NCBI GenBank assembly: GCA_964016885.1
Contig: OZ024746.1
Coordinates: 40,672,001 to 40,736,000 of the forward strand
From: Eledone cirrhosa
Taxonomy: Eukaryota
Reading direction: 5' to 3'
Length of the DNA: 64,000 nt
Below the pieces are notes generated by a model. It was not told where the DNA came from and made no database searches. It saw nothing but the letters and a program-made list of their open reading frames with translations. Positions 32,717 through 45,487 of this stretch are shown one piece after another. A program made the position numbers and the translations under genes. Within the stretch, counting starts at the first letter, position 1, and each line of letters opens with the position of its first letter.

Positions 32717-35210
32717 TCACCATCATCATCATCATCATTTTACGTCCGCTTTTCCCTGCTTGCAAGAGTGGGACGGGTCTTATTCCGCACAGCATATCTC
32801 CACCGTGAGCTTCAATGATCTGAGGTCTGTTCTCACCACCTCCGCCCATGTTTTTCGTGGTCTATCTCTACCACGTCTTCCTTCAACTGGCAATTCCTGG
32901 CACTTCTTCACCCATCGGTCATCCTCCATGCGCATCACATGTCCATACCACCTCAGTCTTCTCTCCCGTACACTACATTCTATCCCTCTCAGACACAGTT
33001 TCTCTCTCAACACATTTATGCTGGGTCGTTCACGCACATTTACACTGCATATCCAACGGAACATGCTTGCCTCATTTCTCTCCAGCCATCGCATATCCTC
33101 TGCAGTTGTTGCCCATGTCTTACTACCATGCAGCATCGCGCTCCTCACACAGGCATCATACAACCAGCCTTTCGTACGCAGGGAGAAACCCTTCTTCGTC
33201 AACAGAGGAAGCAGCTCCCTAAACTTCTTCCAACCCGTCCTTATTCTAGATACTATAGCCTCGGAACACCCTCCTCCCATGCTAATTTGATCTCCTAGGT
33301 ACCGGAAGCTATCCACCACTTCTATAGCTCCCTCCTGCATTTGAAAAATGTGTCTATCAATGCGACTTCTAATGTCTAATTTCCCTGTACATCTACTGCA
33401 TACATATTTCTCCCTACCTGTTAGTTTGCCTGCTATCCCGCTACATCTCTTGTGTACCCAGGATCGGCATTGTGTGCATTTTATAGAATTTATGCCAGTT
33501 CTTTTTCTGCATATCGAACATGGCCATTTCCCTGACGGAATCAGGGTTTTGTCCTCTTTTCTACTCATCAACACTTTTGTCTTAGCTAGGTTCACTCTCA
33601 GTCCTCTTGCTTCCAAGTGCTGTTTCCATAGCCAGAATTTATACTCTAGCTCCTCTACTGATTCTGCTATAAGAACCAGATCGTCAGCATAGAGAAGTTC
33701 CCATGGACAGCCAGTCTTAAACTCCTCTGTTATGGCTTGGCGGACTATAATGAACAAGAGCGGGCTGAGGACCGAACCCTGATGTACTCCTACTTGTATC
33801 TGGAATTCCTCACTAAACTCCATTCCTACCCTGACTTTACTGAGAGTACCTCTGTACAAAGTTTGCACTGTCCTCACAAGCCATTCCTTAACACCTAGCT
33901 TCCTTAGGGACCACCAGATGACAGATCGGGGAACCCTATCAAAGGCCTTCTCTAGGTCAACAAAGGCTAAGTATAGTGACTTATTTTTCTCTAAGAACCT
34001 CTCTTGCAATTGTCTCACCAAGAAGAGGGCATCTGTTGTACTCTTTCCAGGCACAAAACCAAACTGCATCTCATCTAGTTTGACCCTTTCTCTAATGAGT
34101 TGTGCTAAAATCCTTTCTGCCACTTTCATAACCTGATCTATCAGTTTTATACCCCTCTAATTGCTCCTCTCCAAAGCATCCCCTTTACCCTTGTAGCAAT
34201 TTATGAGAATACTACTGCACCAGTCCTTGGGTATGATACCACCATATATAGCCTGATTGATGATGCGTGTAACCAGTTTAGTGCCTACGTCCCCTGATGC
34301 CTTCAGCATCTCAGCAACTATTCCCGATGGTCCGGCAGCCTTACCATTTTTCATTTCCCTAATCGCCTCTTGGACCCTATATTCGTCAATCTCAATAGCT
34401 GGTCCCTCTGTCAGATCTACCAAGGGTAATTTCTCTCTCTCCCATTCCTTCTCCACATTCATCAGTCTCTCATAATGACATTTCCAGGCCTCCTTTTTCT
34501 GATCATTCATGACACTAAGTACACCGGCATCATCCCGGACTCATTTATTTCCAACAACATCCTGATTTGCATTGACACACTGCCTTGCAATGTGGAACAC
34601 CGCACGCCTCTGATCTTCCCGTCGCAGAACATTGGCAAACCTCCTACTCTCTGCCTCCCTGCGTGCTAAGTACACTTGACGTCTAGCTTCTCTCTTAGTG
34701 GCTGTATATTCTTCCCTACTCCCACCCTTTTTCCAAGCCTTCCATGCTAGTCTTTTGTCTCTAATAGCCTTATCTACTGTGCTGTTCCACCACCAGGTCA
34801 CTCTCTGTCTGGTTGGAGCTCTGCTCCAGCCACAAGTTTCATCGGTAGCCTGCAGCAAGTTGTCACATAAGAAATTCCAGTTATTATCTATGTCATACGT
34901 CTCTAAATCGTCTTCTTTTTCGTCATATACATCTTGAAGGGCTTTCCTAAATTTGTATTTTAGTGAAAGGTCTTTTAGCTTCCAGACCTTTCTTCTCCAC
35001 ACCTTCCTATATGTCTCATTCCATCTCTTGCTTACTGAGATATCACTAACAACTAACCTATGCTGTGGGGTACATTCTTCCCCAGGGTATGCCTTGGTAT
35101 TAGACACTATCTGCCTAACTAGCAGGAAGTCAATCTGGCTTATGTGCTCACCAGATTTGTAGGTTATTAGGTGATTGGCAGGTTTCTGGAAGTTTGTGTT
35201 GCAAATAGTC
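32717..35210 (-). mobile_element. RTE-clade LINE family A, ~2.5 kb, 5'-truncated (end of APE domain, linker, RT, Cys-rich finger)
   Basis: ORF pieces 34541-35212 (SQIDFLL, QHRLVV), 34157-34510 (KAAGPSG), 32780-34129 (RT with YADD); frameshifts between them; (GAT)n tail. Confidence 0.95.
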
Positions 35211-35275
35211 AATAATGATAATGAAAAATTATTGTATACAGTGCTCAGGTACGCTACAACTCATCAAAGGTGCAA
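35211..35275 (-). mobile_element. CR1 extreme 3' end fragment
   Basis: Reverse complement matches 1560-1620. Confidence 0.7.
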
Positions 35276-35665
35276 TTATTAGTTAAGTACTAAGGAAAAT
35301 AACCTGCGAATAGCCAAGACGGCGAATGCCGAGGGGGTATACTGTATGTATATCATTTCATCATTCATATATATATATATTTGAACAAAGAGAAGAATGA
35401 CTTCACTGGTGTTTGCTATGTTTTAATAAACCAATGTTTTACAAAGAGTAATTTTATAAAGTGACAAATAAAAATGACACTGAGCTGTAGAAAAGGTAAT
35501 AAGGGAGAATACAGGAAGAGACCAGGCAGTGTGATGTCTATTATATGACATTTAAAAAAAACAAAAACGCATGACTGAGTCTTTAGAATATGAATTCAAA
35601 ATAGGGGGCGGGGCGCACAGGACAAAGAGTTTAGAGCTCTCAGTCTGTAGGATGTGTTATATATA

Positions 35666-35739
35666 ATCAGTTACAACAGTAACATATGCTGGTACCTAAC
35701 GAAACTTAACCACCTGTATGTGTCACTGTTGTAACTGAT
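35666..35739. repeat. Short imperfect hairpin flanked by TA
   Basis: atcagttacaacagt-aacatatgctggt ... acctgtatgtgtc-actgttgtaactgat. Confidence 0.7.
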
Positions 35740-36227
35740 ATATATATATATATATATTAGCAATTAGAAAGACCAATGGAAACATCGTTTCCTCGGTCCG
35801 ATTAGACGAAAGTCGATCGACTGCCGATATATATATATAGGTTGGTGTTAGGAAGGGCATCCAGCTGTAGAAATCAAGCCACAATCAGTTGAGCAAGACA
35901 AGGTCAGCCGACCGGGTACTGCCCACAACAGGACAACCCGTCTAACCCATGCTAGCGTCGAAAAACGGACGAAAAACGGTGATGATGATATATGTTTTAA
36001 ATTTAAGGAAAAGGAGATCGAAACCCTAACTCTTATCTATACATACTCAATGGATGCATAGATACACCACAACTACCCACATGTGTGTGTGTGTGTGTGT
36101 GTACTTTGCAACCTTTCAGAGACCAGCGGTTAAGAGTGAAAGTCATTTTATCATGAGTTGACAGTGTTGGCATTTACAACACAATTGTCAACTAAGAACA
36201 ATGGCCTATACATACATCTTTCCTATT

Positions 36228-36268
<41 letters not shown>

Positions 36269-36270
<2 letters not shown>

Positions 36271-37145
36271 GCCGCTTCCTCGTCAGCAGGGTTCTTCAAA
36301 CACAATAGAACCCTCTGTGTTCAGAGAACGTGGAGCCTGTGAGACGTGGGACCGGCTGGGACTTAGCCCAGTAGACGTCCCTCCTCCTTCACCTCCTGTT
36401 GACGTCAAGTCCCCGCAAAGCACCTGGGATGCCATCCAGTGCAGCCTGGCCCCAGACAGGCTCACGCGCCAGCTCGACCAGCACCACCTTGCCTGTTTTC
36501 GTGCGGCCTCCAAACCCCACAGTGGTGCTTGGCTCCATGCTCTGCACCCCCCTCTCCACTGGCACGCAGCTAGACAACAATAGCCTGCGCATCGGCGTTT
36601 CCTTGAGGCTCGGCATCCGGATCTGCGAACCACACCAATGTCACTGCGGATCCACCGTGGACTCTTTCGGCCTCCACATACTTTCCTGTCGCCACAGTGC
36701 CGGCCGCATTCCACGCCATGCTGCCCTCAACGGGGTCATAAAGCATGGCTTGGACGCTGCGGGCTTCCCTTCCCAGCTCGAGCCGGTGCGGCTGGACCGA
36801 GGAGACGGCAAAAGGCCAGATGGCACGACCATCTTCCCGTTCCGCGGTGGCAAACCCCTCGTCTGGGATTTTACTTGCACCGACACTTTCTGCAACCACA
36901 ACCTGGTGCAGTCTGCGACTAACCCAGGTTCTGCTGCACGTCGTGCTGAGGAGGCCAAACTCCTCAAATACCGGTCACTCTCCGACAGGTTTGCAGTTGT
37001 ACCCCTGGCAGTGGAGACTTCTGGTGTCCTCGGCCCTAGGGCTACCTCCCTACTCACCACCATAGGCGCTGAGCTGGCCAGCCGCAGGTGTGAGCCCCGC
37101 GAGTTGGAGTGGCTTATCCAGCGCGTCTCCCTTGCCGTCCGCCGG
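36269..37145 (+). mobile_element. CRE-clade-like non-LTR retrotransposon fragment (Zn knuckle + restriction-like endonuclease)
   Basis: HSGAWLHAL, frameshift, then SLRLG, CHCG..H..SC..RH, GKRPDG, LVWDFTCTDT, KLLKY, PLAVETSG; GC-rich; abuts (CA)n at 36229-36268. Confidence 0.82.
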
Positions 37146-38859
37146 ATATGTGGGGGTGGGTGGGGTGAGGGGGGTGTCCATCGCGTATACTTCCATATTT
37201 AAGTATGTGCACTATCATATAACATTTTCTAATTTAGGTACATGGCCAGTCATTTCAGAGGAGGGGGAAAAGTAGATTAAATTGACCAAAGTACTCGACT
37301 GGTATTTTATTTTTGAAAATCCCGAAAAAATGAAAGAGAAAGTTGACTTCTGTGTGTTTTCAACTCGTAACATAAAGATTCAGAGAAAATACCATTAGAA
37401 TCTATATAAATATCACTATAACATAATAGAGAAAACCGTCATTGTTAGGAAGGGGACGCTTGGCAGATTAAATTAAAAGGTGATTGGAAACTGTTGAGAT
37501 GAATTAAAAACTGTGTAGGCAAATGGTCTCAAATTTGAACAATGGATTATATCGATCCCACTATTTGATTGTTATATTTTATCGGATCCAGAAGGACGAA
37601 AGTTCACCTTAGCAGGATTTGAACTCAGAACGTTAAAAAAAAGTAAGAGGCTATGTAGCCAGTAAGAGTGTCAGACACCATGAGTTGCGACCCGAGTTAA
37701 GACAATTTGAAATCTTTTCTACCATCAATTGTTAAAAAAAACAAGTTAAAATCATTTAGTCGTCCATTCGTAACGTACGTTACGCTATAGTTACACACAC
37801 ATCTACACGTAAATTCGTAAACGGATACAGACAACAGAAGGAAGGGGCTGGTGAAACGCTATAGCGATGTGTGTTGCGTCTCTTTATAGCCTATTTGAAA
37901 AAAAAAAAAAAATACTGCAAATCATTTTTCTCGATGCTCTACCGATTCTGCCAATTCACTGAGAGCTGAATAACCCAACCCAATTGATACCACCTGATTA
38001 CTGAAGTTGGGTTGATTAACTCTATTTCTAATTAGAAAACCACTGCTTTATTAGTTAAGGGTGGTGGATGGACAGAGTTAGTAGAGCGTCGGAGAAAATT
38101 CAATTGCAGTATTTGTTCTGACTCTACATTCTGAGTTCGAAACCTGCCAAGGTCAACTTTGCCTTTCATCCTTTCGAGGGTTGATAAAATAAAATACTAG
38201 TCAAGTACTGGAGTTGATTTAATCAACTTTTCCCTTCTCTTACATGTGCACATACAGTACAATGATTCCAGTTTTTCAAACCCTGTTGCTCTTCAAGTTA
38301 GCTGGTTGGTCGAAGCTCCACCTATTTTACACCAACTATCCCCGACAACACGTGCTTTGCCCCCCCCCCCCGCTTCTTGCCCATCAAAATCAGCTAGGTA
38401 AGTGATTAAAACCATCTTCTTGGATATATATGTCTACGTCCTACACAGCAAAAAACTCTCAGCTCCAAGACTCAAGTGATTCACTCATAGCTGCTCTACA
38501 GCCGTTCAGATATCGCCTTCCCAGTGTCTAATTTATTTTCTGTCTCTCCTTTGTTCTGTCCTAAAACCATCTTGTTTTTGACAGTTCACAAATTTATATT
38601 TTTAAAATGATAAAAAACATTTGGGAGAAGATATGCACACTCAAGTTTCGCTGAAATAATTTTTTGGGAAAGCCAATACATTCGCAACTATTTTTAGTTC
38701 TAACATTGACGAAAGTAAATCCAATCCCATTTTTGATTAATTTTACTTTGATAGATTGTTACGGATTGAGTTGAATTTATTACAACACTATTTTATTTCA
38801 GTCTAGTTGAAGAAGCATACTTTGTTAAAACGATATTTCAATATTATACAATTTAAGAG

Positions 38860-39190
38860 AAGCTTTATTGTAACGTTGCCTGCGGGAGATCCTCAAGGTC
38901 ATCTGGAAAGACAAAGTCACAAATGAAGAAATTTGTTTGTGAAGCAAGTACCAGCGACTTCAAAACACTGTGGTTTTGTTTCGGTTCCAATTGGCGGGTC
39001 AAATTGTGAGCCTACCAGTCACTTGATATGCAAGGACTGAAATATCATGGATACTGGCGCCTAACACTCAAGAAAGACCCCCAACGCACAAGAATTGGTT
39101 GGACAGGTGTGTAGTGAACTGTAGCAGGTTATATATGCCGATGGGAGCTTGCTGTCTTGTATGTCTCAAGAGCTAAGACTAATACTAAGA
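38860..39190 (+). mobile_element. Decayed RTE-like 3' fragment
   Basis: CLREILKVIWKDKVTNEEI-like reading. Confidence 0.5.
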
Positions 39191-40854
39191 TTTCACTTTT
39201 CTATTCCTACTTGAAAATTGTGGATCAATTAGTTATGATATTTTAAACTTTTTATCGCTCTTACTCATTATATCATTTTCCTTTAACTCGTAACTCATGC
39301 TGGAGTCGTATGGTTGCTGTTGGAATATACAGCGTTTCTTGCTCATTTTAAAACCTAGTGGAGCCCATCTCCTCTCCAGGTCAGAACGTAGCCGATTTCT
39401 TCCAGAGAAGGACAGAGAGATGGTGAGAAGGAGTGACAGAGAGATGGTGAGAAAGAGATGTAGAGGAAGAATTGACCCTAGTACTGGATTGGTACTCTAT
39501 TTATCAACCTCGAGAGGATGAAATGCACACCCACACCCATGTATATATACATGTCTGTTCCATCAGGCTGGTGCTTATGCCGGTTTTATTTGCATTAAGC
39601 GATTGAGAGCACAAGACTCCCTCGCTGAATAAGACACCAGTCCATCGCAGAGTTAAACCTCATAGATACTGCTGATATTCATTTTCAGTTGAGTGGACTG
39701 GAACGACGTGAAGAGAAGTTCTTTGTTCAAAAACACCACGCACTGTCCGGTGCACGAATCAAACCAAGGACATTACTATCTTAAGTCCAATATCCAAACC
39801 CCTCGGTCACATATAGATAAATAAATTAATAAAAAGGTGTTATACCGATACTTCTGGCACATGACAAAAACGATGTCGTGCTATTACCGGTCAAACCTCC
39901 CTTGCGACTATTAAACTAACAGATATAATATTGATTATTTTATTTCTGCGTGCTAATAGGTCAGCTTGGCCTGTTGTACCAGCCAGGACAGTAATACATA
40001 ATTATGCGTTGTTATCAATCACAGATAGTAACCGTCATTTAAGTTTTTATAGTTTACATTTTTTATGAAGTAAAAAGGTAAAAGGTCCTTAATTTAACAC
40101 CCGATGCAGTTGTAGGGAGGCGTTGTCTTTAGAACTTGGTCATTTAGAACCTGGTGGAACCCATCCTTCCCAAGGAGGGAATACAGTCAAAAAAGGACCT
40201 AGTACTTTATTTAACAACCGACCGCGAGAGGATGAAAAACCAAGTGGATCGCGGTCGGAATTGATCTCAGAGCGTTGTGAGCCGGAACAATCCCGAAGCA
40301 TCTTTGATCCGACGCTCTAACGACCCTGCCAATTCAACGTCTTTTGTTATAGAGAGCACAACATATAGTTGCAAAACAAATTGTAGTGGTGATAAACTGA
40401 AATAGAAAGTTCAATAATAAGAAAAATTCAACGAAACATTGATGTTTCCATTGACTGAATTAGTCCAATTTACAGATGAATTTGTGAGCAATCTATCAGG
40501 TGAATTTCACTGGCAGTTTAAAATACATTTTCATATAATTTTTCAATTAGAAATGTCAAGCTGGGAAAATGGGAGAAATAGAAAAATAACAATATTTTTT
40601 CTTTTTTATTTGTAACGAGGACCCTTTTATACAATGTAGTGATTTCTGATTTAGACACAAGATCAGTAACGGATAAAAAGTATGAAATATCTTCATATTT
40701 TAAGCATTATGAAAACTTAAATTTAAAATGTACAGGTTTTCACTCATTTTCAAACTTTGCTGATGAAAATCATTGTAGACAGTTAAAATATGATTTCAAT
40801 GTATAGAGTTTGTAGCTCGGAGATCAGCGAGTCACTTCAGGTAGAGCCGAATTG

Positions 40855-41105
40855 AGATCACAGCTCCGATATTAGGGACATGTGGTTAGAATGTCTCAAG
40901 AAATAATCGCTGGACAGATTTTACGGGCAAAACCAACCGGCAGGAGACCCAGAGCAAGATGGTGAGATAACATTCATGAGCTTGGTTGGTCTCGCTTCAT
41001 CCAGATCATTGGAGATGGTGGCTTCTGACAGGATTCGCTGGAAGGAGTGTTTGAGGACTCTTCCCCCACGACCCTCTCAGGAATAAGTGAGCGAAGCAGT
41101 AGAAG
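40855..41105 (+). mobile_element. Decayed RTE (Expander-like) 3' fragment
   Basis: RSQLRY*GHVVRMSQE...KPTGRRPR..W-like reading; related decayed piece at ~45790-46190. Confidence 0.55.
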
Positions 41106-41425
41106 AAAAATCCCTCCCTCCCTAGTCTTTTATTTCCGAAAGCTGATCGTGTGTTTGCGTGACAGTATATTCTGACCTATCGTCGCAAACGCATACGTTT
41201 CATTATAATATAACATCACCTGCCCTGTCATATTGCGTACGTTATGTACGTTGTATAAGTAACAAAGCTCTATTTGTTTCATAGCAGTTGAGATAGTGAG
41301 ACTAACTAACATCTATAAAGAATGTTTAACTCTTTCTTGCCGGTAACTTTTATTTAGAATGTCAGAGTGTGGCATACTATTATATCTTGTTAAATGTATT
41401 TCAATATTTGTTTTTGCTTTGACTT

Positions 41426-41703
41426 ATAACTGGTATTCCGTCGATTACGACGACGAGTATTCCAGTTGATACGATCAACAGAACAGCCTGCTTGTGAAAT
41501 TTACGTGCAAGTGACTCAGCATTCCACAGACACGCGTACCCTAAACGTAGTTCTTAGGGAGATTCAACGTGACACAGAATGTGACAAAGCTGGTCCCACG
41601 AATTACAGGTACAACTCAGTTTTCCTAGTTGAATGGACTGGAACAACTTGAAATAAAGAGTCTAGCTCATAGACACAACGCGCCGCCGGGAATCGAACTC
41701 AAG
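41426..41703 (-). mobile_element. tRNA-derived SINE with a folded-back 5' end
   Basis: B-box gagttcgattccc on the minus strand; body related to fragments at 19030-19130, 21800-21960 and 52380-52500. Confidence 0.7.
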
Positions 41704-41756
41704 GCTTGAGTTCGATTCCCGGCGGCGCGTTGTGTCTATGAGCTAGACTCTTTATT
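41652..41756. repeat. Perfect inverted repeat, 52-bp arms, 1-nt spacer
   Basis: 41652-41703 is the exact reverse complement of 41705-41756. Confidence 0.95.
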
Positions 41757-43085
41757 CACAACATAGAATAAACTCTATCCAGACGAAGGTTGTTTAACCT
41801 CAGATCAGCCCTGAATGAGCGAGCCTATGATTAAAGCCATTCCAGCCGTGACTATCCCGTCTTGTGTTATTTTCACTTTGTAGGCTATTGGACATTTTAT
41901 TTCTTTTTAGACCTTGTACTGCGGCCAGGTTGTTTGTTATAGGAGATAGTTTAGATGGCAATTAAGAATTATTCGTTGTGTCCTATTTATCTATTCTACT
42001 CCCCCACCACCAATTTTAACAAACGAACCATTCCAATTTTGTCTAAAAGTCAAAAGGGAAATAAAATAAAACTATTTTTTTTTTAATATATTCATGTAAA
42101 ATTATTGGCGAGAAGTAATTTTTTTCAGTTTTATTTTATTGCTGGAAGATCTCCATACATTTAATGCTTTTCATCTATCATTTTTTTTTATTTCGAATTT
42201 ACCATTATTGTATTTTAAGTTTATTTGATTTAGTTAGAATATTTTGGTATCATTTTTATACTCAAGCTGCATTCCTTCTGTTGTTTCTTCCAGTATGAAC
42301 AATTTTCTCTCAATAGCTTCACGTGTATTGATCTAATAAATTTATCATAGGAATACATGCATTCCTTTCAAATATTCCTCCTTTGATATTTGCAGTTATC
42401 TAATATATAACGTTTTTATAACTGCATTTCTGTAGCTGAAACATAACATATAAAAGACTACAAAACCTATTGGTTATGACACAGTAATAAAAAATGTACA
42501 GAAATTGTCTCACATAGAGATTGTAGGGATTAAGCGATCTATGTAGCAATCCTGTAAAATTAAGATTTGTTACAAGAATTGCCACAATTTCCTTCTGCTT
42601 ACCTGGTTGGATATTTCATGATTGATGTTTTTAAAACCCCCCCCTTTTTTTTTTCTTTTCCTTAAATGAATCGAAAAGTCATCTCAGAAAAATCCCAGGA
42701 TAATATTACATACATATGAATAGGTTTGTTGCCTTTAGATTATATATTTACCGCAACCTTCATAATTTTTCTTTTAGTTTGTGCGTTCGGGCATATATCT
42801 GCAAGCGGATTAGAGACAGCTGGCACACATACTACAGCTACCAATACCATGCTAGTCATGGAGGGTGAACGACCGAAGAGAAAGAAGACCCAATAAGTGC
42901 TCAGCTGGCTTGCTTGCCACAAGTCGAAACAGGATGATGACAATTGATCTGGAAAAAGTGATTGAAAATTCCATCAAAGGACGTCGAGAAGGAACAATCG
43001 ATCGCTGCATCTACATTCGAACTTCTAGCTCAGAAAAGGAGGAACTAAAAAGAAAATAATGACTGATCTTCTTCTTTAACAATCT

Positions 43086-43277
43086 GTGTCATTTAAAACT
43101 GTTGTTGTCGAGATCTCAGGCATCTTCGGACCCCAGACAGCTGACCTCTTCCATAAAATCGGATCGATAGCAGCCTATCTGAGGAAGGAGCTCCTCGAGG
43201 TGGGAAGGTTGTTCCAATGGGTGTCGCTGGTCATTGTCTGCAGAAAGGCATTTGCCGTTTTGTCTGCTCTGACCTAG
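43086..43277 (+). mobile_element. Decayed CRE-like C-terminal fragment
   Basis: VVVEISGIFGPQTADLFHKIG...LFQWVSLVI aligns to the end of the 36399 ORF. Confidence 0.6.
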
Positions 43278-45426
43278 GTGGAGAGTTTGTCACTCTCTCC
43301 CCGTCTCCCTTTGTCTAGTAGTCCTTGCTCTCTCATTTATAGCCATTTCCAATGTTGCTTTCTTTTTCTGTATGTTTAACCAATTTATAGTTATATAATT
43401 TTATGACCACTCAACCAACGAGATAATTCTGTTTTTGGAACGTTATTTTGAAAGTGATATTGCAAATATTTATCTTTCAATTATTTACACTTACGTGCGG
43501 ATTTGCTTAAATACGTAATATCCTTGGATACCGGGTCCAGTTAGTCTATCAATTATCACAGACTATTTCATTTTATTCAACATTTCATTTTATCCTACGT
43601 TTTAATTACTCTGACAATTCGCCGCCTATCACTTCATATATGGTATGTATGGTCCCGTAACTCCCGATAGAGTCGTATGGGCGCTGTATTGACATACGGT
43701 GTTTCATATATATGCACACACAAATGACTAAACATAGCATCATAGTAACCAAAAGTCTAGTCATAACGATATTGTAATTGAAAGTATCGGGTTAATTAGA
43801 AACGTGCCAGAAATATCATTCCATCTACGATAAGACGGTATTAGTTAGGGTTAGTTTATAGCTTAAATATGAAGTAGTTAAAATATCTTCCTGGAAACAA
43901 CACCTATATGATATTTATTATTGTCTGAAAACTAGTATTTAAACATCTGTGAAGGGTGTTCTATTATATATATATATAAATTATTAATACAATAACAGAG
44001 ATAGTTTAAAGCTAAACTCTGACTGGTAACCATCTCACTCAACAAACATTAGGTTATATTTTAATATAAACCCAATTTAAGTGTTTGGGGTGCTAACAAT
44101 ATGTATTATGTGGAAAAGCCAGTTGTATTATTTTATGAGATATAATTAAAGTATATCTCTCTTTCCAAACAAATGTTTCATAAGTTTTCTACAAATTCGG
44201 AGAATATTTCCAGTTTATGTAGAAGCCTAATATACATTCATGTAAGAATATATTTAGGTGGGCGTTTTATATATATATATACACACGAGGGGCGGTGGAA
44301 CTAGGGGGAAGGCACGGAGCCACGGCTACACTCCCCCCTCATTTCCAACGCCCCTGATATACACCTTTGTTCGATCAACCCCTTACTATATATATGTCCC
44401 ACCCTTGCAAACACGGAAAAACGGACATAAAATGATGATGGTGATGAGCGTGTGTGTGTGATAGAACAATCTAAAGGGTATAAAGTTTGATGATATAAAA
44501 TACATATTTTAATATTTAAATCAGTATAAAATAAGGTGAAACTTGCTTTTGTAACGTTCGTTGAGTTTCGAATACTGTTAGTTAAATCCTCATGAATCTT
44601 GAGACAAGTGCATGTTGCCTTGAACTAAAACATAAACAATACAAGTAGTTGGTATTAATTGCAAGAGTCCAAGTAGAGACATCAGTCTCTCAGCTATAAG
44701 TCATGAATTAATATTCCACTAATGCTGCTGCAAGTCATTAGAACGTTACATAGAATGTTTTGTAGTTGTCGCTCTGACTTTCTATGATGTCTGAATTCAA
44801 ATCTTGCCCAGGTTAACTTTCATCCTTTCAAGGTCGATAAAAACGTACCAGTCCATTACTAGAATCGATTCTTCCTGTATATCTCCTTCTCACTTACTCT
44901 CTATCACTATCTCCTTCTCTGGAGAGAGGATGAGCTCCGTCAGGTTTGCCTCTACGGCGCTCCTAGAATTCCATAAGGAATTACGGGTCCATTCATATAT
45001 ACAATGGTACTGTACATTATTTTGTGTTAAGTCACGAACTAAATCCCACTCTCATTCACTCGGTAGCAACAGAACAAATAATGAGAAAGGATGATTTGGG
45101 GATGGAACACCAAACTAACAGAAATCTGGCGAGTAGCTTTGTTTACGACGCTGAAACTGGGTAGTTTCACATGACATCGTATAGAATAGAATGCCATAGG
45201 CTAGTCTAAATAAAATCAACTATAATAGTATGCCACGTTTGTATATTTATATGATGATATCTCCGTATGTAACTCTTTAAAATTCACACAGACAATGCAT
45301 TTCCTATATCAGATATGTTGCATTAACAAGTTAGATTTCTACTTACAAAGTCCAGGGTTCTAACCCTACATTTGTCCCTGTAAATAGTTATTTCTTTAAT
45401 GCGACTCAAACATTTAATCGTGTATC

Positions 45427-45487
45427 ATTTATAGCTATATACTAATTATTTATAGCTATATACTAATTATTTATAGCTATATACTAA
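45427..45487. repeat. 21-bp tandem repeat, about 3 copies
   Basis: Unit atttatagctatatactaatt. Confidence 0.9.

Noticed and set aside
32760-34937. Plus-strand ORFs over the RTE (also 9050-10111 and 24570-25267)
   Set aside because: Antisense shadows of the retrotransposon ORF
42595-42680. Strong minus-strand donor-like CAG|gtaagc (also at ~52575)
   Set aside because: No convincing acceptor or protein-like frame upstream; cannot support an exon
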